A stretch of DNA of 64,000 nucleotides from Anaerohalosphaeraceae bacterium (GCA_963675525.2 CAXXSL010000013.1:1-64000), one strand, 5' to 3'; positions 1 through 10,225 are shown, counted from the first letter of the stretch. Notes: generated by a model not told the origin, from the letters alone. A program made the numbers and translations.

Positions 1-2011
1 GACGCCAGTTCCCGTAATCACTGCCGCCACCGCCGCCGCCACCACGACTGCTGCCGCTGCTGCTGCCGCCACGGCCGCCGCCGCCACCGCCACGGCCGCC
101 ACCGCCGCCACCACGACTGCTGCCGCCGCCGCCCCCACCGCCACGGCCGCCCCCACCGCCTTGACCGCCGCCTTGACCGCCGCCTTGGCCGCCGCCTTGG
201 TTATTGCTGAAATCACTCTGATTGTCCTCATCGAAATCAGCCGGGGGGTTCGTTAGATCCGTTACATCATAGACCTCCGTGCGATAGCTTGTCGGCAAAG
301 ACTCCCTGGTTGCAATAGTGATGACTCCATCTTCAACAACATAATCCAGTTCCGCAAAGCCGCCGCTGCTGACCGCCTGCAAAAGCCGGCTCAACGCGGT
401 ACGCAAAATAATATTATTCAAGCCCTCACCCGTCATATTAATGGCGGTGTCTTTTTCGATAAACGCATTTTCACTCAGATCTCCCCAAAGGACAATGATC
501 GTCAGGGGCGGATCAACCGAATTACGCAGTAATTCGATCGCTTCTTCAAAAGTCGTATCTTCCGTGAGCATGGAAAGATCAACAAGTTTTTCCAATTGCA
601 TATTGACCGCCACGTCAGCCGGGCTCAGGCCTTCCGCCAGCGCCGCTTCACGACGTTCCGAAATCTCTTTCCAATTGCGCGGGTAGTTTATTTCACTGGC
701 ATAAGGTATCGCACGTCTTTCCGTTTCAAGAAGTAATTTTAATTCTTCATCTTCACTTTGCTTGCGAATATCACCCTGCTCAATATAACGAATCGTGTGT
801 TCCAGATTCTGCTTGAGGATCAAGGCTTTCTGGTTCAGCGGGTCGATGGCCAAAAGCTGTTCCAACTGCCCCAGTGCCTCTTCATATCGCTGTTCGGCCA
901 TAAAGGCGTACGTTCGATCCATGTAATCTTCGATTGCCTCTGCCCGTTGTGATTCCATGGTCTTGCGGATTTCCCGTGTCAATTGATCCGCCGCATCCTG
1001 ACGCTCTCTGTCCTGCTGTTGATTATAAGATAACTGAGCTTCATTGATCTGCTGGTCAAGACTGGACAATTGTGCGGAGTATGCCTTATACTGGGCATCC
1101 CCCAGCAACATCTTATTTGCCTCGATGGTGGAAAAGGCCCTTCGAATCGCCTGTTTCGCCAGGTCGAATTCGTTGGTCATCAAATATTTCTCAGCCTTCT
1201 GGAGCGAATCCTTAACGATTGCCTCGGTATAACTTTTCAGACGGTTTCTGTTTCCTTCGATAACGCGCAAATACTGTTCCTGTGACTTTTGGGACGGCTG
1301 AACATCAATTGTTTCTCTCGGCTCGACAACCACCACCGTCTCCTGAACGGTTTCAGTAACCGGGGTCATTTCCTCAACCGGTTCGGTTACAGGCGTCGGT
1401 TCAACCACAATCGTTACTTCCGACATTGCTTCCGGAACGTCCATTTCGACCATTGCGGAGTCTTCCACCAGCGGAATTAAGGCCTCTACCGTTTCTTCGG
1501 TGACGGGTTCCTGAACCACTCGCGGTTCCGCCCGCCGACTTTGCTCCTGATCGCGGGCCTTGGCAGCCAAATCCGTGTAGGTGTCCATAATCATCTGCTT
1601 TTCCTGAGCCGTCGCATACTCGCTGTCCATGACCTGCTCGAGGGCTTGTATCGCCTGACGATAATTCCCCTCGGCAGCCAGTTCATCACTCATCTGGAGC
1701 ATTTTGGCGATCTGGTTTCGCTCTCTGACCGCCTGTTGGAGCTTGCCGAGAAGATCAGATATGGTTTGGCTTTGTTTGGGTGAAATGTACGCCGCGTATT
1801 GAGAGGAATTCTGCAACTCGATGAGTTGAACCTGAGCCTGCTGGTAAAACCCTCTCCTGATCTGTTCCTGAGCGACACGGATAAATGAGTCAATTTTGGC
1901 CTTTTTGGCCTCTTCTTCGCTGTTAGGCTGCGCCAAGGCTATTGAGCTACAGAAAACCAGCAAAAACAAGATGTGGAAAAACCAACACTTGCGTAAACAT
2001 AGCATCTTCAC
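1..2011 (-). CDS. Secretin-like (type II/III secretion system protein D-like) protein, N-terminal part; runs off the left edge
   Basis: Absent from the ORF track because its stop lies outside the window. GTG at 2011 (in-frame ATG at 2005) follows GGGAGG. Signal-like start MKMLCLRKCWFFHILFLLVFCSSIALA. The same frame gives AIPYASEINYPRNWKEISERR, an STN-like segment (LDYVVEDGVITIAT...TEVYDVTDL) and a long Gly-rich loop, as in planctomycete secretins. The C-terminal secretin domain is not visible. Confidence 0.7.
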   Translation of the reverse strand, partial: MKMLCLRKCWFFHILFLLVFCSSIALAQPNSEEEAKKAKIDSFIRVAQEQIRRGFYQQAQVQLIELQNSSQYAAYISPKQSQTISDLLGKLQQAVRERNQIAKMLQMSDELAAEGNYRQAIQALEQVMDSEYATAQEKQMIMDTYTDLAAKARDQEQSRRAEPRVVQEPVTEETVEALIPLVEDSAMVEMDVPEAMSEVTIVVEPTPVTEPVEEMTPVTETVQETVVVVEPRETIDVQPSQKSQEQYLRVIEGNRNRLKSYTEAIVKDSLQKAEKYLMTNEFDLAKQAIRRAFSTIEANKMLLGDAQYKAYSAQLSSLDQQINEAQLSYNQQQDRERQDAADQLTREIRKTMESQRAEAIEDYMDRTYAFMAEQRYEEALGQLEQLLAIDPLNQKALILKQNLEHTIRYIEQGDIRKQSEDEELKLLLETERRAIPYASEINYPRNWKEISERREAALAEGLSPADVAVNMQLEKLVDLSMLTEDTTFEEAIELLRNSVDPPLTIIVLWGDLSENAFIEKDTAINMTGEGLNNIILRTALSRLLQAVSSGGFAELDYVVEDGVITIATRESLPTSYRTEVYDVTDLTNPPADFDEDNQSDFSNNQGGGQGGGQGGGQGGGGGRGGGGGGGSSRGGGGGGRGGGGGGRGGSSSGSSRGGGGGGGSDYGNWR
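21..200 (-). repeat. Gly-rich low-complexity coding repeat ((GGGQ)n, GGGGGR, GSSR)
   Basis: Runs of ccg/cca triplets and recurring ccgccgccttg units within the secretin frame. Confidence 0.85.
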
Positions 2012-2229
2012 TATATACCTCCCATAAGTCCAAAAAATAGATATAATAATTCCATACGATGGAAATTGTTTACTAACATAAGTACAAATACAACCCTTGT
2101 TACGCAAGTGTATAGACAATATATTTCTAATGCAAGCGAAAAAATCCCTAATCTTGTATTAACAACCTTGTTTTCACAATATATAATCGGTATATTCCGT
2201 CCCTGGCAATCAAATTTGGGAGTAATTTT

Positions 2230-2979
2230 TTGAAGGAAAATCTCATCGACAATACGGGATTGGCTCTGGCCATCGAAACTTCCGGCCGAATCGGCTCTGT
2301 CGCTTTGGGGCGAGGAGAGACTTTGTTGGCGCAATCGGTGTTTTCCGGATTCATGAAACAAGGGGCCGAATTATTGCCTCAAATCCGGACTCTGTTAACA
2401 CAGGTCCCGGCCGGCCCCTGTGACATAAAACGGGTCATTATCACAGTCGGTCCGGGCAGTTTCACCGGGCTTCGAATCGCTGTAACAGTATCAAAAATGA
2501 TGTTTTTCTCCCATGATGTGAACATTGTCACTGTTGACTCGACTGAAACAATCGCCGAAAATGCGCCCGATTTCTTCGGCAATGATACTGGAAAGCCGGT
2601 TGATTGCGTCTGCACGATCCTTGACGCCAAGCGAAATCTGTTCTACGCGTCGGTATTTGATCGTGGGTCTGACGGTTGGTCAAAAATTTATGGTACCGAG
2701 GCTGTTACCGCCGAAGAACTTTTGGATTGGCTCGCCAAAAAGGGCAGGGAAAAAGTGTACTTTCTGGGTGAAGGGTTGGTTTATTACGCAAAAAAGTTCG
2801 AAGCCCCCTTTACGGCGATGCTGGATGAACAATACTGGGCCCCCACCGCAACCGGGCTGTTCCGCGTCGGTCAAAAGCTGGCAGCTCAGGGCAAATTCGC
2901 CGATCCCCATTCCTTAATACCTCTATATATAAGGAAACCGGAGGCGGTCGAGAACTGGGAAAAGCGGCCGTCAATATAG
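2230..2979 (+). CDS. tsaB: tRNA threonylcarbamoyladenosine biosynthesis protein TsaB
   Basis: LAIETS, GPGSFTGLRIA, LDAKR and C-terminal P-LYIR motifs. Confidence 0.93.
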   Translation: MKENLIDNTGLALAIETSGRIGSVALGRGETLLAQSVFSGFMKQGAELLPQIRTLLTQVPAGPCDIKRVIITVGPGSFTGLRIAVTVSKMMFFSHDVNIVTVDSTETIAENAPDFFGNDTGKPVDCVCTILDAKRNLFYASVFDRGSDGWSKIYGTEAVTAEELLDWLAKKGREKVYFLGEGLVYYAKKFEAPFTAMLDEQYWAPTATGLFRVGQKLAAQGKFADPHSLIPLYIRKPEAVENWEKRPSI

Positions 2980-3113
2980 CCATCCCTGAAAGAAAGCTTA
3001 TGGGCTATTAAACATGTTTGCATTTCTTAAGTCTCTAATATTACAAATCTTACGAAGCCATCCTTTCATGCTTTTCCTGAGCTATTTGGCTTTTTGTTGT
3101 ACTCGGGGATGTC
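2979..3113. repeat. Short MITE-like or IS-end-like element with imperfect terminal inverted repeats
   Basis: Left end GCCATCCCTGA versus reverse-complemented right end GACATCCCCGA (9/11). Internal TAA-N19-TTA motif at 3028-3052. Confidence 0.35.
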
Positions 3114-3190
3114 GTTTCTGATAAGCAGAGCAATCTATATCTGGTATCAACACCGCTATAATTAAGAACCGTTTTCGACTGGGGGAGCAA

Positions 3191-3688
3191 TTATATCTTA
3201 TTGCTTAAGGAGAACACGTTTTTAAATATTTCCAAGAGCTCTTTCTTTGCCAATTCAACTTCTTGACTCATCGGATACCCGATCATCATTGACTTTGGTT
3301 GAATTCCAATAAAATAGATCTTTGCGGGAATCCTTTGCGCAATCATGTCACTTAATAACCGAGGAGATAATGTGTGCGTCGATATTCCGCCCGTCGATAA
3401 TTGACAGGGATCAAAAATCTTAATCGCACCGGGAGGAGCACCAAAGTCAATCGCGTCAATAAAAAGGATGAGCTTCGGTGCTTTATTGATTATAACCTGG
3501 ATATAGTTTTCCGGAACCGTTCCTGTATCGATTACATTATCCGGCATGGTTTCCTTCAGCAGAGAACATATCTCCGGCCCGATTCCATCATCTGCCTTAA
3601 GAGAATTACCCATCCCAATAAGAAGGATGTCATCGCGCAACATGTTCCGGAGTGAGGCAAGAACAGATTCGACGTTATTGTCAATCAT
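3191..3688 (-). CDS. hycI: Hydrogenase maturation endopeptidase (HycI-like)
   Basis: GMGNSLKADDGIG, GTVPENY, IDAIDFG, STH and GIQP motifs; last gene of the hydrogenase operon. Confidence 0.9.
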   Translation of the reverse strand: MIDNNVESVLASLRNMLRDDILLIGMGNSLKADDGIGPEICSLLKETMPDNVIDTGTVPENYIQVIINKAPKLILFIDAIDFGAPPGAIKIFDPCQLSTGGISTHTLSPRLLSDMIAQRIPAKIYFIGIQPKSMMIGYPMSQEVELAKKELLEIFKNVFSLSNKI

Positions 3689-4296
3689 AGCTGAATATTT
3701 AGTTCACACTTGCATTTCGGGCATAGTATTTTCATGAAGTCATTCGCCGTAACGTCCTTTGCCTCCTTAAAAGGCTGGATCGGCCGTGGTTTTGACTCCT
3801 GCATTTCGATATTTTGACTCAGCAACAGTGACGGATTCGTATACGCAAGCGGACCAAGCTTTTTATTGAGCCACCGTAAATGTTTTATCGTTCCAACAAC
3901 GGCTCCACACTTCTCACAAAGCTGTAGTTCATATTCATGGGTCGTAATCGTTTCCTGTCGGTCCAGCGTCGCCAGATCCCATTGATTGGTTAACCTGATC
4001 CCTTTCTCAGTCGTACAGCCATCCTGACAATTGCCGCAAAAGATGCATGTATCATACCGACTGATAATCGTTCTCTTCGGGGGATTCGCTTCCAGATCAT
4101 CGGTCTGAGTCAGCGCTTCGGTCGGACAGACATTGACACACGCACCGCATCCGATGCAATAGTCATCATCAAACTCCGGTTTTCCGCGGTAACTTTCCGG
4201 CACCTGGCACGGTTCAGCGGGAAACTTTGTTGTAAAGCGAGGTGACAGTAGAACCGTAACCGCTTCTTTAAGTTCTCTTAATTTAGGCCATCGCAA
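3685..4296 (-). CDS. 2x[4Fe-4S] hydrogenase subunit (MbhN/NuoI/HycF-like)
   Basis: CIGCGACVNVCP and CIFCGNCQDGC, plus extra CEKC and CPKC. Probable TTG start at 4296 after AGGAG. Confidence 0.88.
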   Translation of the reverse strand: MRWPKLRELKEAVTVLLSPRFTTKFPAEPCQVPESYRGKPEFDDDYCIGCGACVNVCPTEALTQTDDLEANPPKRTIISRYDTCIFCGNCQDGCTTEKGIRLTNQWDLATLDRQETITTHEYELQLCEKCGAVVGTIKHLRWLNKKLGPLAYTNPSLLLSQNIEMQESKPRPIQPFKEAKDVTANDFMKILCPKCKCELNIQL

Positions 4297-4319
4297 TTTT
4301 CTGACTCCTGTACTTAAAA

Positions 4320-4658
4320 TCACTCTTTATGATGGTCCACTTCCTCTTCATATTTATCCACAACGCTTTTATCCCACAATTTCACGCCGGCAGAATGCGC
4401 CCCTTTTGCGATCGCATGAGCCGCCGTGGGCGAAGTAATTAAAATAAATACGGCGCATATGATCGCCTTCGAGGCTGTTGCACCCATCTGGGAAACCAAT
4501 GCCACGCCTATCAGAAGCAGGACTGTCCCCAATGTAACACATTTTGTCGCAGCCTGGAGACGGTTATACACATCCGGAAAACGAACCAGTCCGATACAGC
4601 CGCAAATGTCAAACAGGATCCCGATCGTAATCAAAATATATCCTATTATCTCAATCAT
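4320..4658 (-). CDS. Mrp/Mbh membrane subunit (MrpG/MnhG/MbhC-like)
   Basis: GLVRFPDVYNRLQAATKCVTLG and TSPTAAHAIAK. Start moved to MIEIIG. Confidence 0.9.
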   Translation of the reverse strand: MIEIIGYILITIGILFDICGCIGLVRFPDVYNRLQAATKCVTLGTVLLLIGVALVSQMGATASKAIICAVFILITSPTAAHAIAKGAHSAGVKLWDKSVVDKYEEEVDHHKE

Positions 4659-4908
4659 CGAAATTTCTACCTTCCAAAAATTTTGCCAGTGCAATCGTTC
4701 CAATGAAACTCAAAAGCGCCCAAGCCAGTGCAATATTCAAATAATAATCTTTACCGGTAACCAGACTTAAGAGGGAGCAAAAACCCACGACAATAATACC
4801 GAGTATATCAATCGCCACCGTCCGATCCGGCGCGCTGGGGCCGCAACCAATACGATAGAGACATAAAAAACAACAAATCATTAAACCGATATAAAACAGC
4901 GATACCAT
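4651..4908 (-). CDS. Mrp/Mbh membrane subunit (MrpF/MnhF/MbhB-like)
   Basis: GPSAPDRTVAID and LSFIGTIALAKFL. Confidence 0.9.
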   Translation of the reverse strand: MVSLFYIGLMICCFLCLYRIGCGPSAPDRTVAIDILGIIVVGFCSLLSLVTGKDYYLNIALAWALLSFIGTIALAKFLEGRNFDD

Positions 4909-4920
4909 CTCCGGCTTCTC

Positions 4921-5439
4921 CTATTCAAATATTCTCTCAATAAAATACTCAAATTTCTGTGCGATCAACTGTGTTGCTTCTTCAACGTCGGTCGACTTTA
5001 CATTAATCCAGTGGACATACAAATATCCATCCTCTGTAACATCAACTGTTAATGTACCCGGCGTCAGTGTGATCGAATTGGCCAATGCAGTAATTGCCGA
5101 GTCTGACTTTAAGTTGGTTTTGATCTTTACAATACCGGGATGAATCGGCATTTGAGGATGCAATGCCCTATAGACCACGTCCAGATTGGCCTTCATTACA
5201 TAGTAAAAAAAGACCGGTATATAGAAAAGAAACCAGCATATTCGTTTGGGTGAAAGGAAAACATAATGCTCCTTGGGAAGTATTTCATGAAACAGAATCG
5301 CTATGACAAAAGAAACGATCACTCCGGCCACGACCACTTGAATATCCATGGTCGTTTGGCCCTGTTTATCTTCAATAAAAGGCCATGTCAAGAGCATCCA
5401 TATGATAAATGATACGATAAAATAAACCACCCGTCTCAT
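4921..5439 (-). CDS. Mrp/Mbh subunit (MrpE/MnhE/MbhA-like)
   Basis: LANSITLTPGTLTVDV...LYVHWI. Confidence 0.92.
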   Translation of the reverse strand: MRRVVYFIVSFIIWMLLTWPFIEDKQGQTTMDIQVVVAGVIVSFVIAILFHEILPKEHYVFLSPKRICWFLFYIPVFFYYVMKANLDVVYRALHPQMPIHPGIVKIKTNLKSDSAITALANSITLTPGTLTVDVTEDGYLYVHWINVKSTDVEEATQLIAQKFEYFIERIFE

Positions 5440-5454
5440 TAAGATCCCTTTCTG

Positions 5455-6975
5455 TTACGGCATCGATATAATTTCGCTTGAATAAACATTCTGTACCAGC
5501 ACCTGTACTGCAGGTGTCAATATCTGTTCCCGTAAAGGTTCCCACAGAAGCAATAATCCCATTCCGACACAAAGACATGCCAGGATGCCCATGGACCACA
5601 GCATGGAGCCTTTCGATTCTTTGACGTCGTTCAGTTTATCGGGCAGATCCCCAAGGAAGATATATCGCTGGACCTTTAAAAATGAAATCAACGTCACAAG
5701 GCTTACGAGGATAGTGATCGCTGCCAAACCAAAATATTGAGCCTTTACAGCTGCAAGTACGATCAATAACTTACTCCAGAACCCATTAAAAGGAGGCACC
5801 CCTGCAATCGCTGCGGACGCAACGGTGCACATTGTACGCGTTACCGGCATTTTTTCAGCGAGCCCGCCAAGTTGTTTGAGTTGTCTGGTTCCCGTTGCGA
5901 TTTCAATTGAACCGCTGGTCAGAAACAGAAGAGACTTAAAGACGGAATGATTCATCAGGTGGAACAGCCCCCCTAAAATGGCAAGAGATGCCCACGCCGG
6001 GTCTTTTCCCTGGGCCAGAATGACTCCGCCGATACCCACGCCCAAAACAACATATCCCATCTGGGAAATGCTGTGATACGCCAATAAACGCTTAAAGTCC
6101 CATTGCCCAACCGCCAGGAATACCCCTATGACCATACTGAGAACGCCAAGCGTAATTAGAATCCAGCCAATCGGAATGCTAACCCCGTAAATATTAAATA
6201 TGATTCGAATCAGTGCATAGACCCCCAGCGCTTTGATCAACACGCCGGAAAGCATCGCGGAAATAGGAGCCGGAGCCGAAGGATGGGCATCCGGAAGCCA
6301 GGCATGGAAAGGGACAAGGGCCGCTTTTAAACCGAAACCAACAATAAACATGGCTAATGCAAAATACAAACCATTGTTAAGCCCTGCCTGTTGAATGGTC
6401 CTGGAAATATAAGCAAGATTCAGTGTCCCCGTCATTCCATAAACTAATCCGATCCCCAATAAAATAAACATCGATGCCACACTGCCAAGGACCATGTATT
6501 TAAATGATGCCTCAAGCTCTTCATGTTCACAGCCAAATCCTACGAGTGCGTATGAAGAAATCGATGCAATTTCAAGAAAAACGAACATGTTAAAGATATC
6601 ACCGGAAAGAACAACACCATTCATGCCTGCAACCATTAGAAGGAACAGACTTAAAAATTTCGGCTTTGCCGTATATTGCTCCATATACCGTATACTGAAA
6701 AGCATCGCGGCAAAACTCACAATGCTGATCGTCAATAACATCAGACCGCTCAAGCCATCCAGGACAAGATTAATGCCTATCGGGACAGACCATCGCCCAA
6801 CCTTATAAATACCCGACTGCCCCGTCAACATAACATATATCGCCAGGACCAAAAGACATGTTGTGGCAATGTTCGCCAACAATGTGGCAAAAGATCTTTT
6901 TTTCTGCCCGAATAACGGCACGATAAAAGCTGCCGCTAAAGGAAGAGCAACAAATAAAGGAAGCGGTATCATCAT
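5455..6975 (-). CDS. Antiporter-like subunit (MrpD/MnhD/MbhH-like)
   Basis: GDIFNMFVFLEI, LEASFKY, KAALVPFHAWLPDAHPSAPAPISAMLSG and KRLLAYHSISQMGY. Confidence 0.92.
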   Translation of the reverse strand: MMIPLPLFVALPLAAAFIVPLFGQKKRSFATLLANIATTCLLVLAIYVMLTGQSGIYKVGRWSVPIGINLVLDGLSGLMLLTISIVSFAAMLFSIRYMEQYTAKPKFLSLFLLMVAGMNGVVLSGDIFNMFVFLEIASISSYALVGFGCEHEELEASFKYMVLGSVASMFILLGIGLVYGMTGTLNLAYISRTIQQAGLNNGLYFALAMFIVGFGLKAALVPFHAWLPDAHPSAPAPISAMLSGVLIKALGVYALIRIIFNIYGVSIPIGWILITLGVLSMVIGVFLAVGQWDFKRLLAYHSISQMGYVVLGVGIGGVILAQGKDPAWASLAILGGLFHLMNHSVFKSLLFLTSGSIEIATGTRQLKQLGGLAEKMPVTRTMCTVASAAIAGVPPFNGFWSKLLIVLAAVKAQYFGLAAITILVSLVTLISFLKVQRYIFLGDLPDKLNDVKESKGSMLWSMGILACLCVGMGLLLLWEPLREQILTPAVQVLVQNVYSSEIISMP

Positions 6976-7334
6976 CCCTTCAGCCTCCTGATTTGTGTAA
7001 TATCAAAAGTACCGTATCGCTCATACGTTCGGATACAGATCGAAATCATCAGCGCCAAAGAGCCCAAGCTGATAACAATGGCGGTCAATACCATCGCCTG
7101 CGGCAAAGGGTCAACACTGGCCTGAGTAAATGATGCGTCAACGACCCCGGATGCATAGTCATTCTGACCAATGATCGGAGCGATGCCTCCCAAACGGTAT
7201 CCAAGCATGATCAAAAACAAATTTACGGCATACTCCATAATGACAATCCCGAGGACGATCTTTACCATATTCTTTTTAACGAGAACACAGTACAAACCAA
7301 TGATAAATAATAAAAAACACATCGAATACAACAT
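6972..7334 (-). CDS. Mrp/Mbh subunit (MrpC/MnhC/MbhG-like)
   Basis: DPLPQAMVLTAIVI. Confidence 0.92.
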   Translation of the reverse strand: MLYSMCFLLFIIGLYCVLVKKNMVKIVLGIVIMEYAVNLFLIMLGYRLGGIAPIIGQNDYASGVVDASFTQASVDPLPQAMVLTAIVISLGSLALMISICIRTYERYGTFDITQIRRLKG

Positions 7335-7338
7335 CTAA

Positions 7339-7806
7339 CTAACTCTCCTTTTCCGATGAATCACCAGGTCGAAAAGCAGACAACATTAATAAAACCAAAA
7401 ACAGGGAAGCACCAACCTTCAGGCCGATGGCGATATTTGACAAAGGGATCGTTCCGGCGCTGACCAATTTAAACGCCGTATCTTTTCCGGCAAAATATTC
7501 CTGTTGAATAAAGTTATAGAAGAACGAAAATCCCCCGTACAGAAATCCGGTCAAGGCGATCGCAATAAACAATAAGGCACCGGTACAATCCAATTTTGAA
7601 GCCAATTTCAGAGACAGGTTTTCCTCTGTGTAATCGCGGCCAAAGGCCAGCATGATCAGCACATAAGAGCAGGCCAGAATCACGCCGCCGGCAAATCCGC
7701 CTCCCGGCGTAATATGACCGAAAAGGATGATGTAGATGCCGAATAAAAAGACCAGCATTTTCACCCAACTGCTAATCGTTTTGACAATTATGGTCATTCC
7801 TTTCAT
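7339..7806 (-). CDS. Mrp/Mbh subunit (MrpB/MnhB/MbhF-like)
   Basis: GHITPGGGFAGG and NIAIGLKV. Confidence 0.9.
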   Translation of the reverse strand: MKGMTIIVKTISSWVKMLVFLFGIYIILFGHITPGGGFAGGVILACSYVLIMLAFGRDYTEENLSLKLASKLDCTGALLFIAIALTGFLYGGFSFFYNFIQQEYFAGKDTAFKLVSAGTIPLSNIAIGLKVGASLFLVLLMLSAFRPGDSSEKES

Positions 7807-8363
7807 GGTCCTGTCTCCAATCGATTCCTGCTTTGCTTTCTGAGGATAACGACGGCTCCTAAAATAGATGTAAACAAGACGGTCGCCTCTCCCAGAGTAT
7901 CATACGCTCGATAATCCAAAATCACAGAGGTGACAATATTTGCAGCTCCCGTCTCATTGATCCCTTCCTGGATATAATGTTGAGAAGCCGTATCTCCTTG
8001 ATTATTTGCGATAAATGATGGAGAACCAAACTCAGGTAGTGCGTCAAATACTTTTGTTCCTGCCAGAAATATAATCAGCAAAAAGCCAACGGAAAAGATG
8101 ACCCCGATCAGTTCCCAATCACCACTGATAAAGGTTTTATCACGGGAAATTGTCACGCGTATCAAAATGACCAAAGCCAGCACTTCGACTACAATCTGCG
8201 TGATGGCGATATCGGGAGCCTTTAAAAACAGAAACATTAAAGAACCCCCAAAGCCTGCGGCCCCGATACAAATAACCGCACTGAGAAGATTCTTCGTCTC
8301 AACAGCTACCAGAGACCCGATAATGACAAACAACAACAAGATATAAAATTCCAAATGTTCCAT
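7803..8363 (-). CDS. Fused MbhD/MbhE-like subunit (equivalent to the MrpA C-terminal part)
   Basis: APDIAITQIVVE (MbhD/DUF4040-like) followed by NIVTSVILDYRAYDTLGEATVL (MbhE-like). Confidence 0.88.
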   Translation of the reverse strand: MEHLEFYILLLFVIIGSLVAVETKNLLSAVICIGAAGFGGSLMFLFLKAPDIAITQIVVEVLALVILIRVTISRDKTFISGDWELIGVIFSVGFLLIIFLAGTKVFDALPEFGSPSFIANNQGDTASQHYIQEGINETGAANIVTSVILDYRAYDTLGEATVLFTSILGAVVILRKQSRNRLETGP

Positions 8364-8368
8364 TTCAC

Positions 8369-10225
8369 TCACCAAATATCACAAAGAACCGTTAAGATGA
8401 CGATCAATCCGAACGCTGTCCATACCAAATAGACCGGTAAAAGGCCGGAATGCAGCCATTTCAAAAAGCCGGAAAAAAGGAGTCCTATTATTCCGCCGTG
8501 GTTGTATAAATCAAAGTGTTCCTTTTCCTGCAGATGGTAGATCTGTTTAAAGGGAGAAAGAGAGGAGATTGTTTTGTAAAAATGCGTGCCCGGAATAATC
8601 ATCTCATCGTTGGGCTGAACCTCTCCGCATGTCCAGGTAGGAACACGTCTTTGCTTTATTGAAACCCATGAAAATAATAATATCAGGAGTGCAATGGAAA
8701 TTCCGCCCACAAGATAAATCACCGCCAGCCAGGAATTCCAATTCCCGATGATCGCCGTCCCCCATTCAATATCCAATGCAGGATAGATAAAGTATTTTAG
8801 TGGAACCTGATAGAATATCCCAAAGAAAATACATAAGAAGGCCAGAACGTTCATTGGAATCAGCATCGTTGCGGATACCTCATGGACGTTTTTCAAGCCA
8901 TCGGGCTTACGAGAAAGGAAAATCGAGTGGAGTATTTTCACAAACGAAGCGAGCGTCAGTGCACTGCCAAACATTGCGGCCAACAACCAAACAGGCCAAA
9001 AAGAGGCTGCGATACCCGACTCGCTTCCCGTTTGGATCAACCCCTGGTAGACCATCCATTTGGAAACAAATCCATTAAAGGGGGGAATGCCTGAAATACT
9101 CAGAGAAGCCACTAAACAAGCCACAAATGTCCACGGCATCTTTTTCCCCAGGCCGCCCAATTTGTCCAACTCGGCGGTACCTGCTGCCTGTTCAACCGCT
9201 CCCCCACAAAGAAACAGACAGCATTTATAAATAGCATGATTGAGCATATGAAATACACCGCCGGCAATTCCGACCGGAGTCATTGTAGCAATCCCGAGAA
9301 TCATGTACCCAACCTGGCTGATTGCATGATAGGAAAGAAGTTTCTTGAGATTATGTTGAACCATGGCAACCATGACCGCAAGGATCACCGTTGCCGCACC
9401 GATAAGCGAAAGAATAAAGCTCAATAATCCTGATTGAAGCAGGAATATCTCTTTCACAATAATGACTAATAGATAGATACCTAACAACTTGTCCAAAGCC
9501 GCCGGTAATATTGCCATGATTGAAGCCTGGGTGCATTCGCCGCTGGTGGGCAGCCAGGTATGCAAAGGCATGGCCCCGGCTTTTGTAACTGCCGCAAGCA
9601 TCAGCAAAAGAAATGCGACAATCGAAAGACCCGAATCCGTGGGAAGATGGAGCCCGGTAAATTGAAATGCTCCGGCGGATAAAACCCAGACCATCCCGAC
9701 TCCGAGCAGGAGCGCGCCATCTGAGGCCCCTAACATGGCAAAGCTTTTAGTGGCCGCAAAACGACACTGTGTCCCGCCGGTGATAATTAACAGGTATAAA
9801 GCAGCGGTCACAATTTCCCAGAATATTAAAAGAAAAACTAAATGCCCTGTCAAAAGAATCCCCGCAGACCCACCGACGGCCAATAAAAGGGCTCCATAGA
9901 AAATATTAGATTGACGGGGGGCCGAGGTGTCTTTCAATGAATAAATGCTGATCAAAAGACCGAAACCCATCGCAAAGAGCAGAATAAAGGTATTTAACTG
10001 ATTGGTTTCAAGAAGCAGATTCAATTTAACTTGCCAGATATCCAGGATTGACCGATCAAAGACAATCTCTCCGACCGTATAAAGTTTGACGGCCAGAAGA
10101 AAAGCAAAGCCGGAAACAATAAGCCCGCATCCTTTATGCAGCAACTTCCATTTAGCCGGAGTAAACAAGAGAATAAACCCCACCGCCAATGGCACAAAAA
10201 TCGGCATGAGCAATATTTTTTCCAT
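8369..10225 (-). CDS. Second antiporter-like subunit (NuoL/HyfB-like, MbhH plus MbhI-like tail)
   Basis: FWEIV, KAGAMPLHTWLP, KKLLSYHAISQVGY and GIPPFNGFVSKW; C-terminal WTCGE...LHSGLLPVY lateral-helix-type tail. Confidence 0.88.
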   Translation of the reverse strand: MEKILLMPIFVPLAVGFILLFTPAKWKLLHKGCGLIVSGFAFLLAVKLYTVGEIVFDRSILDIWQVKLNLLLETNQLNTFILLFAMGFGLLISIYSLKDTSAPRQSNIFYGALLLAVGGSAGILLTGHLVFLLIFWEIVTAALYLLIITGGTQCRFAATKSFAMLGASDGALLLGVGMVWVLSAGAFQFTGLHLPTDSGLSIVAFLLLMLAAVTKAGAMPLHTWLPTSGECTQASIMAILPAALDKLLGIYLLVIIVKEIFLLQSGLLSFILSLIGAATVILAVMVAMVQHNLKKLLSYHAISQVGYMILGIATMTPVGIAGGVFHMLNHAIYKCCLFLCGGAVEQAAGTAELDKLGGLGKKMPWTFVACLVASLSISGIPPFNGFVSKWMVYQGLIQTGSESGIAASFWPVWLLAAMFGSALTLASFVKILHSIFLSRKPDGLKNVHEVSATMLIPMNVLAFLCIFFGIFYQVPLKYFIYPALDIEWGTAIIGNWNSWLAVIYLVGGISIALLILLFSWVSIKQRRVPTWTCGEVQPNDEMIIPGTHFYKTISSLSPFKQIYHLQEKEHFDLYNHGGIIGLLFSGFLKWLHSGLLPVYLVWTAFGLIVILTVLCDIW

